A stretch of DNA of 64,000 bases, taken from positions 160,001-224,000 of the forward strand of contig JAZDJN010000016.1 in assembly GCA_043803945.1 (NCBI GenBank), read 5' to 3'. Position numbers and translations under genes: made by a program. This document shows, one piece after another, positions 51,549 through 59,501 of the stretch. The stretch is from a bacterium (lineage in GTDB: Bacteria; Bacteroidota; Ignavibacteria; UBA10030). Each line of letters opens with the position of its first letter. The first letter of the stretch is position 1. The notes beneath the pieces are model-generated. The model worked only from the letters and a program-made list of their open reading frames with translations, was not told the DNA's origin and ran no database searches.

Positions 51549-52357
51549 TATCGGCCTGCCGTTGATTGGTCGCGTGAAATCGTTTCAAGCGATAACATAT
51601 CATTGCTCGCTAAAACTTCCTTTGCCAACTCCATGTAATTTCTTGTTCCTGAACAGATTGCATCGTAGAGAAGGATCGGTTTGCCAAAACTCGGCGCTTC
51701 GCTCAGGCGAATATTCCGGGAAACCATTGTGGCGAAGACTTTATTCCCGAAATAACGTCGTACTTCCTCGACAATCTGGTTGGAAAGCCTCAACCGGGAG
51801 TCGAACATCGTTAACAGCACCCCTTCGATCTCGAGATTATGATTTAAATTTTTCTTGACCATACTGATTGTATTGAAGAGCTGACCCAATCCTTCAAGCG
51901 CAAAATATTCGCACTGGACAGGAATAAGGACAGAATCGGCTGCTGTGAGGGCATTCAGTGTTAACAATCCGAGCGAGGGAGGACAGTCGACAATAACAAA
52001 ATCGTACTCAGGCCGAATTTCATTCATCGCAACGGAAAGCCGGTGCTCGCGGTTTGCCAGTTCGACCAGTTCGATCTCCGCTCCTACCAGATTGATGTGG
52101 GAAGGAATGCAGGAGAGGAATGGCATTTGTGTCTCCACTACCGTCGAGCGGACATTGAAGCTGTTGACGATAACTTCATAGATGGTTCTGCCTTTGACAG
52201 CAACGACACCGATTCCACTGGTGGTATTTGCCTGTGGGTCAATATCAACGAGAAGTGTTCGTTTTTCCGCCACAGCAAGAGATGCCGCTAAGTTAATTGC
52301 AGTAGTGGTTTTCCCCACACCACCCTTTTGATTTGCGATAACGATTATTTTAGCCAC
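51548..52357 (-). CDS. parA: Chromosome partitioning ATPase ParA/Soj
   Basis: NQKGGVGKTTT, DPQAN, DCPPSLG, QCEYFALEG, LSEAPSFG. Confidence 0.97.
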   Translation of the reverse strand: MAKIIVIANQKGGVGKTTTAINLAASLAVAEKRTLLVDIDPQANTTSGIGVVAVKGRTIYEVIVNSFNVRSTVVETQMPFLSCIPSHINLVGAEIELVELANREHRLSVAMNEIRPEYDFVIVDCPPSLGLLTLNALTAADSVLIPVQCEYFALEGLGQLFNTISMVKKNLNHNLEIEGVLLTMFDSRLRLSNQIVEEVRRYFGNKVFATMVSRNIRLSEAPSFGKPILLYDAICSGTRNYMELAKEVLASNDMLSLETISRDQSTAGR

Positions 52358-52408
52358 TGCAGGAATGGATCTCTTTTCTCATGGACTGTCTGTTGAATTT
52401 TCGATGAA

Positions 52409-52437
52409 AATATACCCATTTTTCCAGCGCGATGCAA
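52409..52437 (-). promoter_or_regulatory. parAB promoter TTGCAT-N17-TATATT
   Basis: Recurring motif with exact 17-bp spacer. Confidence 0.65.
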
Positions 52438-52463
52438 CCCAGCGGGAAAATCGATTAACGAGA

Positions 52464-53402
52464 TCAAGAGAGTATATCGGATTCGTAAATGGAATAACCG
52501 CGAAGGAATTCTTCAATACCGAGACGTTTCCTTCCCTCCTGCTGCACTTCCAAGATGGAAATTAATCCATCCATTGTTCGAACAAGGAGGAGGTTTTTCT
52601 GCACATCAACCACTGTTCCGGGCGGATAAATCATTTGCGGAGAACCGGCGGAATCGACTAGTTGCGTGCGATAAATCCTGAGCACTTTCTGCTTATGGAT
52701 CGTCCAGGCACAGGGATGTGGGGATAGTCCCCGAACAACATTGTGGATATGGCGTGAAGTAGAGTGCCACGGAATCCTACAGTCCTCCCGGAAAATCTTC
52801 GGTGCGGATGAGGCACCGCTCTCATCTTGTGCTCTCGGCTGCACGTTATCGTGTTCGATCATTTCAAGGGTCCGGTAAATAACCTCGGCACCAAGCAGCG
52901 ATAGTCGGTCATGTATGTCGCCCGCTGTCTCATCGGCACCAATCTGGATTTTTCTCTGGAGAATGATCGACCCAGTATCCACCTTCTCTTTCAGAAAAAA
53001 GGTGGTTACTCCCGTCTCTACCTCGCCATTGATAATAGCCCAGTTTATCGGCGCTGCACCACGATACTTCGGAAGAAGCGATGCGTGTAAATTGAATGAT
53101 CCTTTCGAAGGGATCGAATAGACCTCCTTCGGAAGAATGCGGAATGCAGCAACAATAAACAGATCTGCGTGAAGATTCTGGAGTTCCAGAATAAATTCTG
53201 GATCATTGAGGCGTACTGGCTGCAGGAGCAAGAGATGATGTTGAAGGGCAAACGATTTAACCGGACTCGCGGCTAGCTGTTGTCCGCGACCTTGAGGTTT
53301 ATCAGGAACAGTGACAACAGCAACGACCTCTCGGTGATGATCGAGAAGAATCTGCAGGGTCGGAAGGGCAAACTCCGGCGTGCCCATAAACACAATGCGC
53401 AT
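52464..53402 (-). CDS. fmt: Methionyl-tRNA formyltransferase
   Basis: FMGTPEFA, NLHASLLPKYRGAAPI, VDTG. Confidence 0.98.
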   Translation of the reverse strand: MRIVFMGTPEFALPTLQILLDHHREVVAVVTVPDKPQGRGQQLAASPVKSFALQHHLLLLQPVRLNDPEFILELQNLHADLFIVAAFRILPKEVYSIPSKGSFNLHASLLPKYRGAAPINWAIINGEVETGVTTFFLKEKVDTGSIILQRKIQIGADETAGDIHDRLSLLGAEVIYRTLEMIEHDNVQPRAQDESGASSAPKIFREDCRIPWHSTSRHIHNVVRGLSPHPCAWTIHKQKVLRIYRTQLVDSAGSPQMIYPPGTVVDVQKNLLLVRTMDGLISILEVQQEGRKRLGIEEFLRGYSIYESDILS

Positions 53403-53411
53403 GGTGAAGAG

Positions 53412-54002
53412 TTATACCTCCACAGCACTCACAATGGGATATGCTGTTTCAACTTCTCCATTTTGGATTTGTTTGAGTTCTGAGCGGAGCAGAACCCGTT
53501 TCGTTCGGCTTATGTGATCGATGAAGAGGACGCCATCGAGGTGATCCATTTCATGAAGAATTACCCGAGCGAGCAATCCGCTGACGTTTATTTCGTGTTG
53601 TTGAAAATTCACATCACGATAAAGCAACCTGATGATTTCAGGGCGGGTCACTTCAGCCCGAATGTCCGGGATACTCAAGCAACCCTCTTCCATCGTCCAT
53701 TCCCCTTCTGCCGATTGTATCTCAGGATTGATCAGTACTAATGTCTTCTGTTCCTTGGGTGCGGGCGGAGGTGATTCTTCCTCTGTCTCCTCCTCTGCAC
53801 GTTCAGCTGCACCCTGATCGATAACAATGACACGCTTCAGTTCACCGACCTGCGGTGCAGCCAAGCCTATGCCATTTGCCTTACGCATCGTTTCGGTCAT
53901 GTCAAAAGCAAGTTTAATGATGGAATTATCGAGTGATTGTACCGGTTTCGCTTTTTTCCGGAGAATGCCGGTTCCAAGAAGATAAATAGGCAATATTGAC
54001 AT
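53412..54002 (-). CDS. def: Peptide deformylase
   Basis: GIGLAAPQVG, EGCLS, HEMDHLDG; ATG 54002 (alternative GTG 54008). Confidence 0.98.
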   Translation of the reverse strand: MSILPIYLLGTGILRKKAKPVQSLDNSIIKLAFDMTETMRKANGIGLAAPQVGELKRVIVIDQGAAERAEEETEEESPPPAPKEQKTLVLINPEIQSAEGEWTMEEGCLSIPDIRAEVTRPEIIRLLYRDVNFQQHEINVSGLLARVILHEMDHLDGVLFIDHISRTKRVLLRSELKQIQNGEVETAYPIVSAVEV

Positions 54003-54103
54003 ACTCACTGCAGAAATCCACTAAAGAATGAAAAAAGGATGATAGAACCATTTATAGGTGTAACGAGATTTTTTCGATCTCCGTTCCCACCTTCCGACGT
54101 CAA

Positions 54104-54132
54104 AATATACCGACCATTCCATTCGGAATCAA
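54104..54132 (-). promoter_or_regulatory. def-fmt promoter TTGATT-N17-TATATT
   Basis: Recurring motif with exact 17-bp spacer. Confidence 0.65.
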
Positions 54133-54133
54133 T

Positions 54134-54829
54134 CTATTCAATAATTCGCCGGGAACCTTCGTATCGCTGCTTGTAATAATAGCTTTGAAGGGAAGAAATG
54201 GTGACACCCAGGGAAACGCTTGCGTGAGCAAAGAGATCATCGCCCAAATAGATCCCTACGTGCGATGCGGAGGAACCGGTTGTATTGAAGAATACCAGAT
54301 CGCCAAATTTGAGGTCGGTGTATTCCACAGGCTCACCGATATTATATTGTCCACTACTTAACCGTGGCAGTTGCTTGTTGATCGCATTCTTGAAAATCAC
54401 CATCGTATAAGCAGAACAATCGATGCCATTGAGATCTTCACCGCCTAATTGGTACGGTGTACCCATATACTTGGAGATCTCACGCATCATTTTACTTTGA
54501 TCGAGATTCGACAACGCACTATTTTTTTCGTTACGAAAATTTCGCTCACCCAGGTTTACAGCTTCAGTTTTTTCTCCTTCGCTCTCTCCTGTTCGTTGCT
54601 TTTGTTCTGGTTTTTCCAGCTCTTTAGGAGAAGACGTTGCAGGTGTTGTCTGGGTGGCATGATCTCGTGTAAATCGAGGAACAACCGGGAGACATCCGGT
54701 CTCAAAGAGGGAAAGAGCGATAAGCCAGACCGAGACAAAGTTCCGTAACGATTTTGCGGGGTAAGCTTTTTCTGAACAAAAGCCCCGACACAGGCCGAGG
54801 CTTTTTTCTGATTTCTGTTTGTGGTACAT
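54134..54829 (-). CDS. NlpC/P60 (C40) cell-wall peptidase, probable lipoprotein
   Basis: GTPY.LGG....GIDCS, GDLVFF, HVGIY...FAHAS; ETGC possible lipobox; true start may be downstream. Confidence 0.9.
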   Translation of the reverse strand: MYHKQKSEKSLGLCRGFCSEKAYPAKSLRNFVSVWLIALSLFETGCLPVVPRFTRDHATQTTPATSSPKELEKPEQKQRTGESEGEKTEAVNLGERNFRNEKNSALSNLDQSKMMREISKYMGTPYQLGGEDLNGIDCSAYTMVIFKNAINKQLPRLSSGQYNIGEPVEYTDLKFGDLVFFNTTGSSASHVGIYLGDDLFAHASVSLGVTISSLQSYYYKQRYEGSRRIIE

Positions 54830-54830
54830 A

Positions 54831-55688
54831 TTATCCTAAGTATGCACGTAGCGCTTTGCTTCGTGATGCATGTCGTAATCGTCGAATGGCTTTCTCTTTG
54901 ATCTGGCGTACCCGTTCTCGGGTTAAGTTGAATTTTTCGCCGATCTCTTCAAGGGTGAGTGAATGTTCCTGATCAAGACCGAAATAAAGGCGAATGACCT
55001 GAGCTTCACGCTCGCTGAGTGTATTGAGTGCACGCCGGACTTCAATCTTTAGTGACTCTTCCATTAATTGATTGTCAGGAGCAGGTTGCCGGTGATCCTG
55101 AATCACATCGAGCAATCGATTATCCTCACCCTGAGCAAAGGGTGCATCCATCGAAAGATGCCGTCCTGAGATTTTTAACGTATCCGAAACCTCAAAGAGC
55201 GACATATCGAGCTCTTCTGCAAGCTCGCTCGCACTCGGTTCACGTTCAAATTCCTGCTCGAGCGTACTGAAGGCTTTTCCGATCTTGTTCAGTGCACCGA
55301 CGCGATTCAGGGGAAGTCGGACAATACGCGATTGTTCCGCCAACGCCTGCAATATAGATTGCCGAATCCACCAGACAGCGTAAGAAATAAATTTAAAACC
55401 CCGGGTTTCATCGAACCGTTTAGCCGCCTTAATCAATCCGAGGTTGCCTTCATTAATGAGATCGCCTAGCGACAATCCCTGATTCTGGTATTGCTTTGCA
55501 ACGCTGACGACAAATCGGAGATTCGCTTTCGTCAGCTTTTCCAGCGCCTTCTGATCGCCTTTCTTGATTCTGCGGGCTAATTCAATTTCTTCCTGAGGAA
55601 TCAGTAAATCAACCTTCCCGATCTCTTGCAGATATTTATCTAACGATTGACTCTCACGATTTGTATATTGTTTGCTTATTTTCACCAT
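54831..55688 (-). CDS. rpoD: Primary sigma-70 factor, Bacteroidota/Chlorobi type (no region 1.1)
   Basis: [48 protein letters not shown]...TRERVRQI; only 285 aa. Confidence 0.9.
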   Translation of the reverse strand: MVKISKQYTNRESQSLDKYLQEIGKVDLLIPQEEIELARRIKKGDQKALEKLTKANLRFVVSVAKQYQNQGLSLGDLINEGNLGLIKAAKRFDETRGFKFISYAVWWIRQSILQALAEQSRIVRLPLNRVGALNKIGKAFSTLEQEFEREPSASELAEELDMSLFEVSDTLKISGRHLSMDAPFAQGEDNRLLDVIQDHRQPAPDNQLMEESLKIEVRRALNTLSEREAQVIRLYFGLDQEHSLTLEEIGEKFNLTRERVRQIKEKAIRRLRHASRSKALRAYLG

Positions 55689-55808
55689 TCACACTCTACA
55701 CTAGTTAAACTTTCGTCTACTCGTACTTAACGTATTCTCGTCTGGAGAAGTTCTTCATTCTTGATAAATTCCCTCCCGTGTATGAAAAGGAAGATCTCGA
55801 TATTTACA

Positions 55809-56993
55809 TTAGACTATCAGATTCAGGAAACTGTTCCCTGCAATTCTGTCCCCCATCTTGAGTTGAAAATATTCCGCAACAGTTTTTCCCGAGTCGGCAA
55901 AACTTGAGCGAATGCCGAGATTCACATTAGAACGGCCTGTTTTGCAATAACTGAGAACCGGAACGTACTCACGAGTATGGTCAGTACTCGAATCGGTTGG
56001 ATCATTACCATGATCTGCGGTAATAATCAGCAGGTCAGTTTCCCCTAATTCATCGATGATACCTGGAAGAGCTCTATCAAACTCTTGCAGGGCTCCGGCT
56101 AATCCTTTAGGGTCCTGCCGATGGCCGTAGTGAGTATCAAAATCCACCAAATTTGCCATAATAAAACCTTCAGAAATCCGACGAAGGGCTTCATGAATGG
56201 CTGCGATCCCCTCATTATTGGATTTCGTGTGTATTGTCTCCCGTAGTCCCCTACCACAGAAAAGATCATCAATTTTTCCAATTCCTATCGTCGGAATTTC
56301 CTGCTCGAAGAGCAGATCGATCACAGTCTCTGATGGTGGAGGTAAGGCGTAATCTCTTCTATTGGACGTTCTGATGTAGTTGTCGCTTGTACCGATGAAC
56401 GGACGGGCGATAACTCTCCCAACTTCATATTCAACAACCAGAACCTCATGCCTTGTCATACGGCAGATCTCATAAAGAGATTCCAATGGGATAATATGCT
56501 CATGGGCAGCAATCTGGAAAACCGAATCTCCCGATGTATACACAATGGGAAATCCCGTTCTAACGTGCTCATCACCAAGTTCTTTGATGATTTCAGTTCC
56601 GGACGCAGCTCTATTGCCGAGATACCCTGAGCATTTGGTTACCGCGAGAAAACGATTTATCAAGTCTGCAGGAAAACCCTTTGGAAACAATGGGAATGGA
56701 TTTTTAGAAATAATCCCTGCAAGTTCCCAATGACCGGTGGTGCTATCTTTGCCGGCAGATAATTCTGCCATCGTTCCAAAGGCCCCTTTCGCATTGAAGA
56801 CCGGCGGGGTATCGATGATCTCCGTGAGATTTCCAATTCCCAAGCTCCCGAGATTGGGAAGATGCAGCCCATCAAGGACTGAAGCAGTTTTTCCTAAGGT
56901 GTTTGTTCCCTGATCACCGTACGCTTCAGCATCGGGAAGTGCACCAACGCCGATACCATCAAGTATGATGAAGAGTAATTTGCCTGAGGTCAA
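55809..56993 (-). CDS. deoB: Phosphopentomutase
   Basis: LDGIGVG.LPDA..YGD, GKDSTTGHWE, YTSGDSVFQIAAH, RVIARPF, TADHGNDP, HTREYVP. Confidence 0.97.
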   Translation of the reverse strand: MTSGKLLFIILDGIGVGALPDAEAYGDQGTNTLGKTASVLDGLHLPNLGSLGIGNLTEIIDTPPVFNAKGAFGTMAELSAGKDSTTGHWELAGIISKNPFPLFPKGFPADLINRFLAVTKCSGYLGNRAASGTEIIKELGDEHVRTGFPIVYTSGDSVFQIAAHEHIIPLESLYEICRMTRHEVLVVEYEVGRVIARPFIGTSDNYIRTSNRRDYALPPPSETVIDLLFEQEIPTIGIGKIDDLFCGRGLRETIHTKSNNEGIAAIHEALRRISEGFIMANLVDFDTHYGHRQDPKGLAGALQEFDRALPGIIDELGETDLLIITADHGNDPTDSSTDHTREYVPVLSYCKTGRSNVNLGIRSSFADSGKTVAEYFQLKMGDRIAGNSFLNLIV

Positions 56994-57100
56994 CGTATCC
57001 TCTTTTGTTACTGTTCCAAAGAACGAACCCTAGATCCAATCTCACTGATACATTGAAGAGGCAATTCTCTCTGTTGAAGGAATGGGAGAATCACGCCCTC

Positions 57101-57295
57101 CTATCCATAGATTTGCTTCTCATTGCACTTGCAAATCTGGATTCGTTGCCGATTGAAGCGATAGGATCCGTGTGCCGATCGTACTGATTCCACAAAAAGT
57201 GTCGGGACTCGGATAGATCCACATTTCGGGCACTTGGTACCGCGTTCTGCTAATGCCTTTTTTGCTTTTTCAGCAAAATCAGTTTTTTTTGCCAT
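57101..57295 (-). CDS. Small basic Cys-containing protein (CPKC...CKC), bL38/DUF4295-like candidate
   Basis: Strong GGAGGAG RBS, MAKK start, K/R-rich; VRSAHGSYRF resembles the DUF4295 VKS..TG.Y.F motif as recalled. Confidence 0.75.
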   Translation of the reverse strand: MAKKTDFAEKAKKALAERGTKCPKCGSIRVPTLFVESVRSAHGSYRFNRQRIQICKCNEKQIYG

Positions 57296-57337
57296 TTACT
57301 CCTCCAATAATCCTATTCAATTGTTAATCTTTGCTAT

Positions 57338-59251
57338 TCAATAATACCGAACAACATTGCCACCGGCTTCGATTGCTTTTCGAAGAACAAGGCTGGCGTT
57401 TTCAAGCAACTCGATATCCGATGAATTCGAAGCGGCGCCGCAAATGCCAATGCTCACCGTTACCGAGAAACTTCGAAGTTCAATATTAATAACATTGCTG
57501 GCAATATTCTTTCTGAGTTTTTCTGCCCAGATCTGTGCATCTTTCGCAGTTGTATTAATCAGCATTACACCGAATCGATTGTAATCGAACCGCCCCACGA
57601 GATCATACTGTCGGATTGAGGCACTAATCATCCGACCAACATTTTGCAAGACAAATTCGAAGCCATCTTTGCCGTATCGATTGAGATGTTCATTGATGGA
57701 ATCCACGGCAATCATGACCATCGAAAGATCCTGGTTATAGTCAGCAGCGCGGACGACCTCTTCTTGAACGCGAGTCATAAAATATTTACGGGCTGCGACT
57801 CCTGTCGTCTCATCCATCAATACATAGTTGTTCACCATATCGGTAAGATTAAATATTTCGAGAGCATAGGAAGCGGTCTCGACCAGCTTTTGCAGCAGTT
57901 TAACATCTGCCTCAGAATATGTTTTCGTATCTTTGCTTTCAACAACGAGTGCTCCATAACAGCGGCTGACGGAAGCGATAGGCAGAATCGCCAATGATCC
58001 ATCGGACTCTATCCGTTCTGCCCGGTAATATCGAGGCAAAGTCAGCGCACTTGCCTGATCAATAATTTTGGGTACCCCCGATTGAATAACGCTGCCAACA
58101 GAACTATTCACGGGGTCAATCTCCTGGGAGAGAGGAACGTAGGGATCATTCATCCGGTTCATCACGCATTGAATAATCCAGGCTTTCCTGTTCTCATCAT
58201 AGAGTACCACTGTAATATAATCCCAGGTAACAAGGCGTGACACCTCCTCTGCCAGCGTCCGCACGACATTGTGAAGAGTAAAATCGAGGTGCATCTGCTC
58301 GCGAACGCGTGTAATTGAACGCAGCAACTCAGAATCAAGGAGTAAATCATACTTATCCGTATAGCTTCTGATCAACGCCGAGATGAGCTTTGCGATCTTT
58401 CCTAACGAGGATAGTGTTTCGGGACCATAGGCATCTTCATCAATGCAATCAATCGATAAAACTGCTACCGGTTCCAGAGGTGTCGAAGTGCCTTTCACGT
58501 AGAAAATCGGTATTGCCACAAAGGTCATTACCGGTTCTACACCATCGTAGTAGCCGAGAATATCTCCCTGCCCGCTCGTATTAAGGCTTGTAATGAGCTT
58601 TGGTCTACCGGCAAGCGCTACCTGGCTGATCATATCAGAACCTAGTTCGCGCCTTCGATGGGTCATGAATCGTTCGCTATCCGACACAAAGCTTTCGAGG
58701 ACAATTTGGTTCTTTTCGCGATTGACCCAGAAGAATGCAACTGTATGGGCGAAATGTACCTCCTTGATAACCAGAAGTACCTTCTTCAGAAGGAATCCAA
58801 ATTCTGATTTGGGCCCGCCTTCTCGGACATACACCTCCTCATTAATATCAAAGAAGTCGGAAAGATTGAATTCATATTCTTTGATCGATGGAGACACAGT
58901 ATTTTCTTTCTCTGTAGATTCGGATTTATGATTTTGGACACCATCAACAACTTCAACTTTATATTCGCTGTTTTGTTGAAAATCGTCGAAGATGAGTTTC
59001 TTCATTCCCTGGTTTTGTTCCCCTGTCGTTCTTTGAGATGTATCTTCTTCTTGCTCACTCACTACTCGTGGTTTTACTATCCACAGAAAAACGATATAGG
59101 CTAAACAGACTAAGCTTGCAATAAATAGCAGCAATCGTGGAAGGGCCGGAGTAATGAGCAAACCCGCAATAAACAAAATGACACCCGTCAACGCAATCGA
59201 TTCTCGTTTTCGGAGAAATCTCTGAATCCAAGAATAGGTTGTGCTAAGCAT
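57338..59251 (-). CDS. Membrane protein with two GAF domains and a degenerate GGDEF domain
   Basis: Two N-terminal TMs, two GAF-like segments, D.TTG...N.RYG...IRQYDLVGRFDYNRF...VTVSIG...A...GGN. Confidence 0.85.
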   Translation of the reverse strand: MLSTTYSWIQRFLRKRESIALTGVILFIAGLLITPALPRLLLFIASLVCLAYIVFLWIVKPRVVSEQEEDTSQRTTGEQNQGMKKLIFDDFQQNSEYKVEVVDGVQNHKSESTEKENTVSPSIKEYEFNLSDFFDINEEVYVREGGPKSEFGFLLKKVLLVIKEVHFAHTVAFFWVNREKNQIVLESFVSDSERFMTHRRRELGSDMISQVALAGRPKLITSLNTSGQGDILGYYDGVEPVMTFVAIPIFYVKGTSTPLEPVAVLSIDCIDEDAYGPETLSSLGKIAKLISALIRSYTDKYDLLLDSELLRSITRVREQMHLDFTLHNVVRTLAEEVSRLVTWDYITVVLYDENRKAWIIQCVMNRMNDPYVPLSQEIDPVNSSVGSVIQSGVPKIIDQASALTLPRYYRAERIESDGSLAILPIASVSRCYGALVVESKDTKTYSEADVKLLQKLVETASYALEIFNLTDMVNNYVLMDETTGVAARKYFMTRVQEEVVRAADYNQDLSMVMIAVDSINEHLNRYGKDGFEFVLQNVGRMISASIRQYDLVGRFDYNRFGVMLINTTAKDAQIWAEKLRKNIASNVINIELRSFSVTVSIGICGAASNSSDIELLENASLVLRKAIEAGGNVVRYY

Positions 59252-59304
59252 TCGGGCGTCAGTCTTGGGTGTTTTTATATATATTCTGCCCTTAAGTTGA
59301 TGAA

Positions 59305-59333
59305 AATTTAGCTAGATATCGAAAAAAAGTCAA
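59305..59333 (-). promoter_or_regulatory. Promoter TTGACT-N17-TAAATT for the GAF-GGDEF gene
   Basis: Recurring motif. Confidence 0.55.
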
Positions 59334-59430
59334 GGTTTATTTGAAGAAACCACTTGAAGTTCCCCATCATCCATAGCATCCAATATTTTCACTTCGCTCG
59401 CAACCATCGGGGCCAGTGAAAAGTTATTTC

Positions 59431-59459
59431 TTGCGATGGAGGTTTTTTTTTCATACTTT
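59431..59459 (+). promoter_or_regulatory. Promoter TTGCGA-N17-TACTTT for the guanylyltransferase operon
   Basis: Recurring motif; divergent from the previous promoter. Confidence 0.5.
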
Positions 59460-59501
59460 TTCATCAAAGTACATTGTTGAACAAAGACTTGTTGCCGATC
59501 T

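Noticed and set aside
50490-52464. parS sites or oriC near parAB
   Set aside because: No TGTTTCACGTGAAACA-like palindrome or DnaA-box cluster seen
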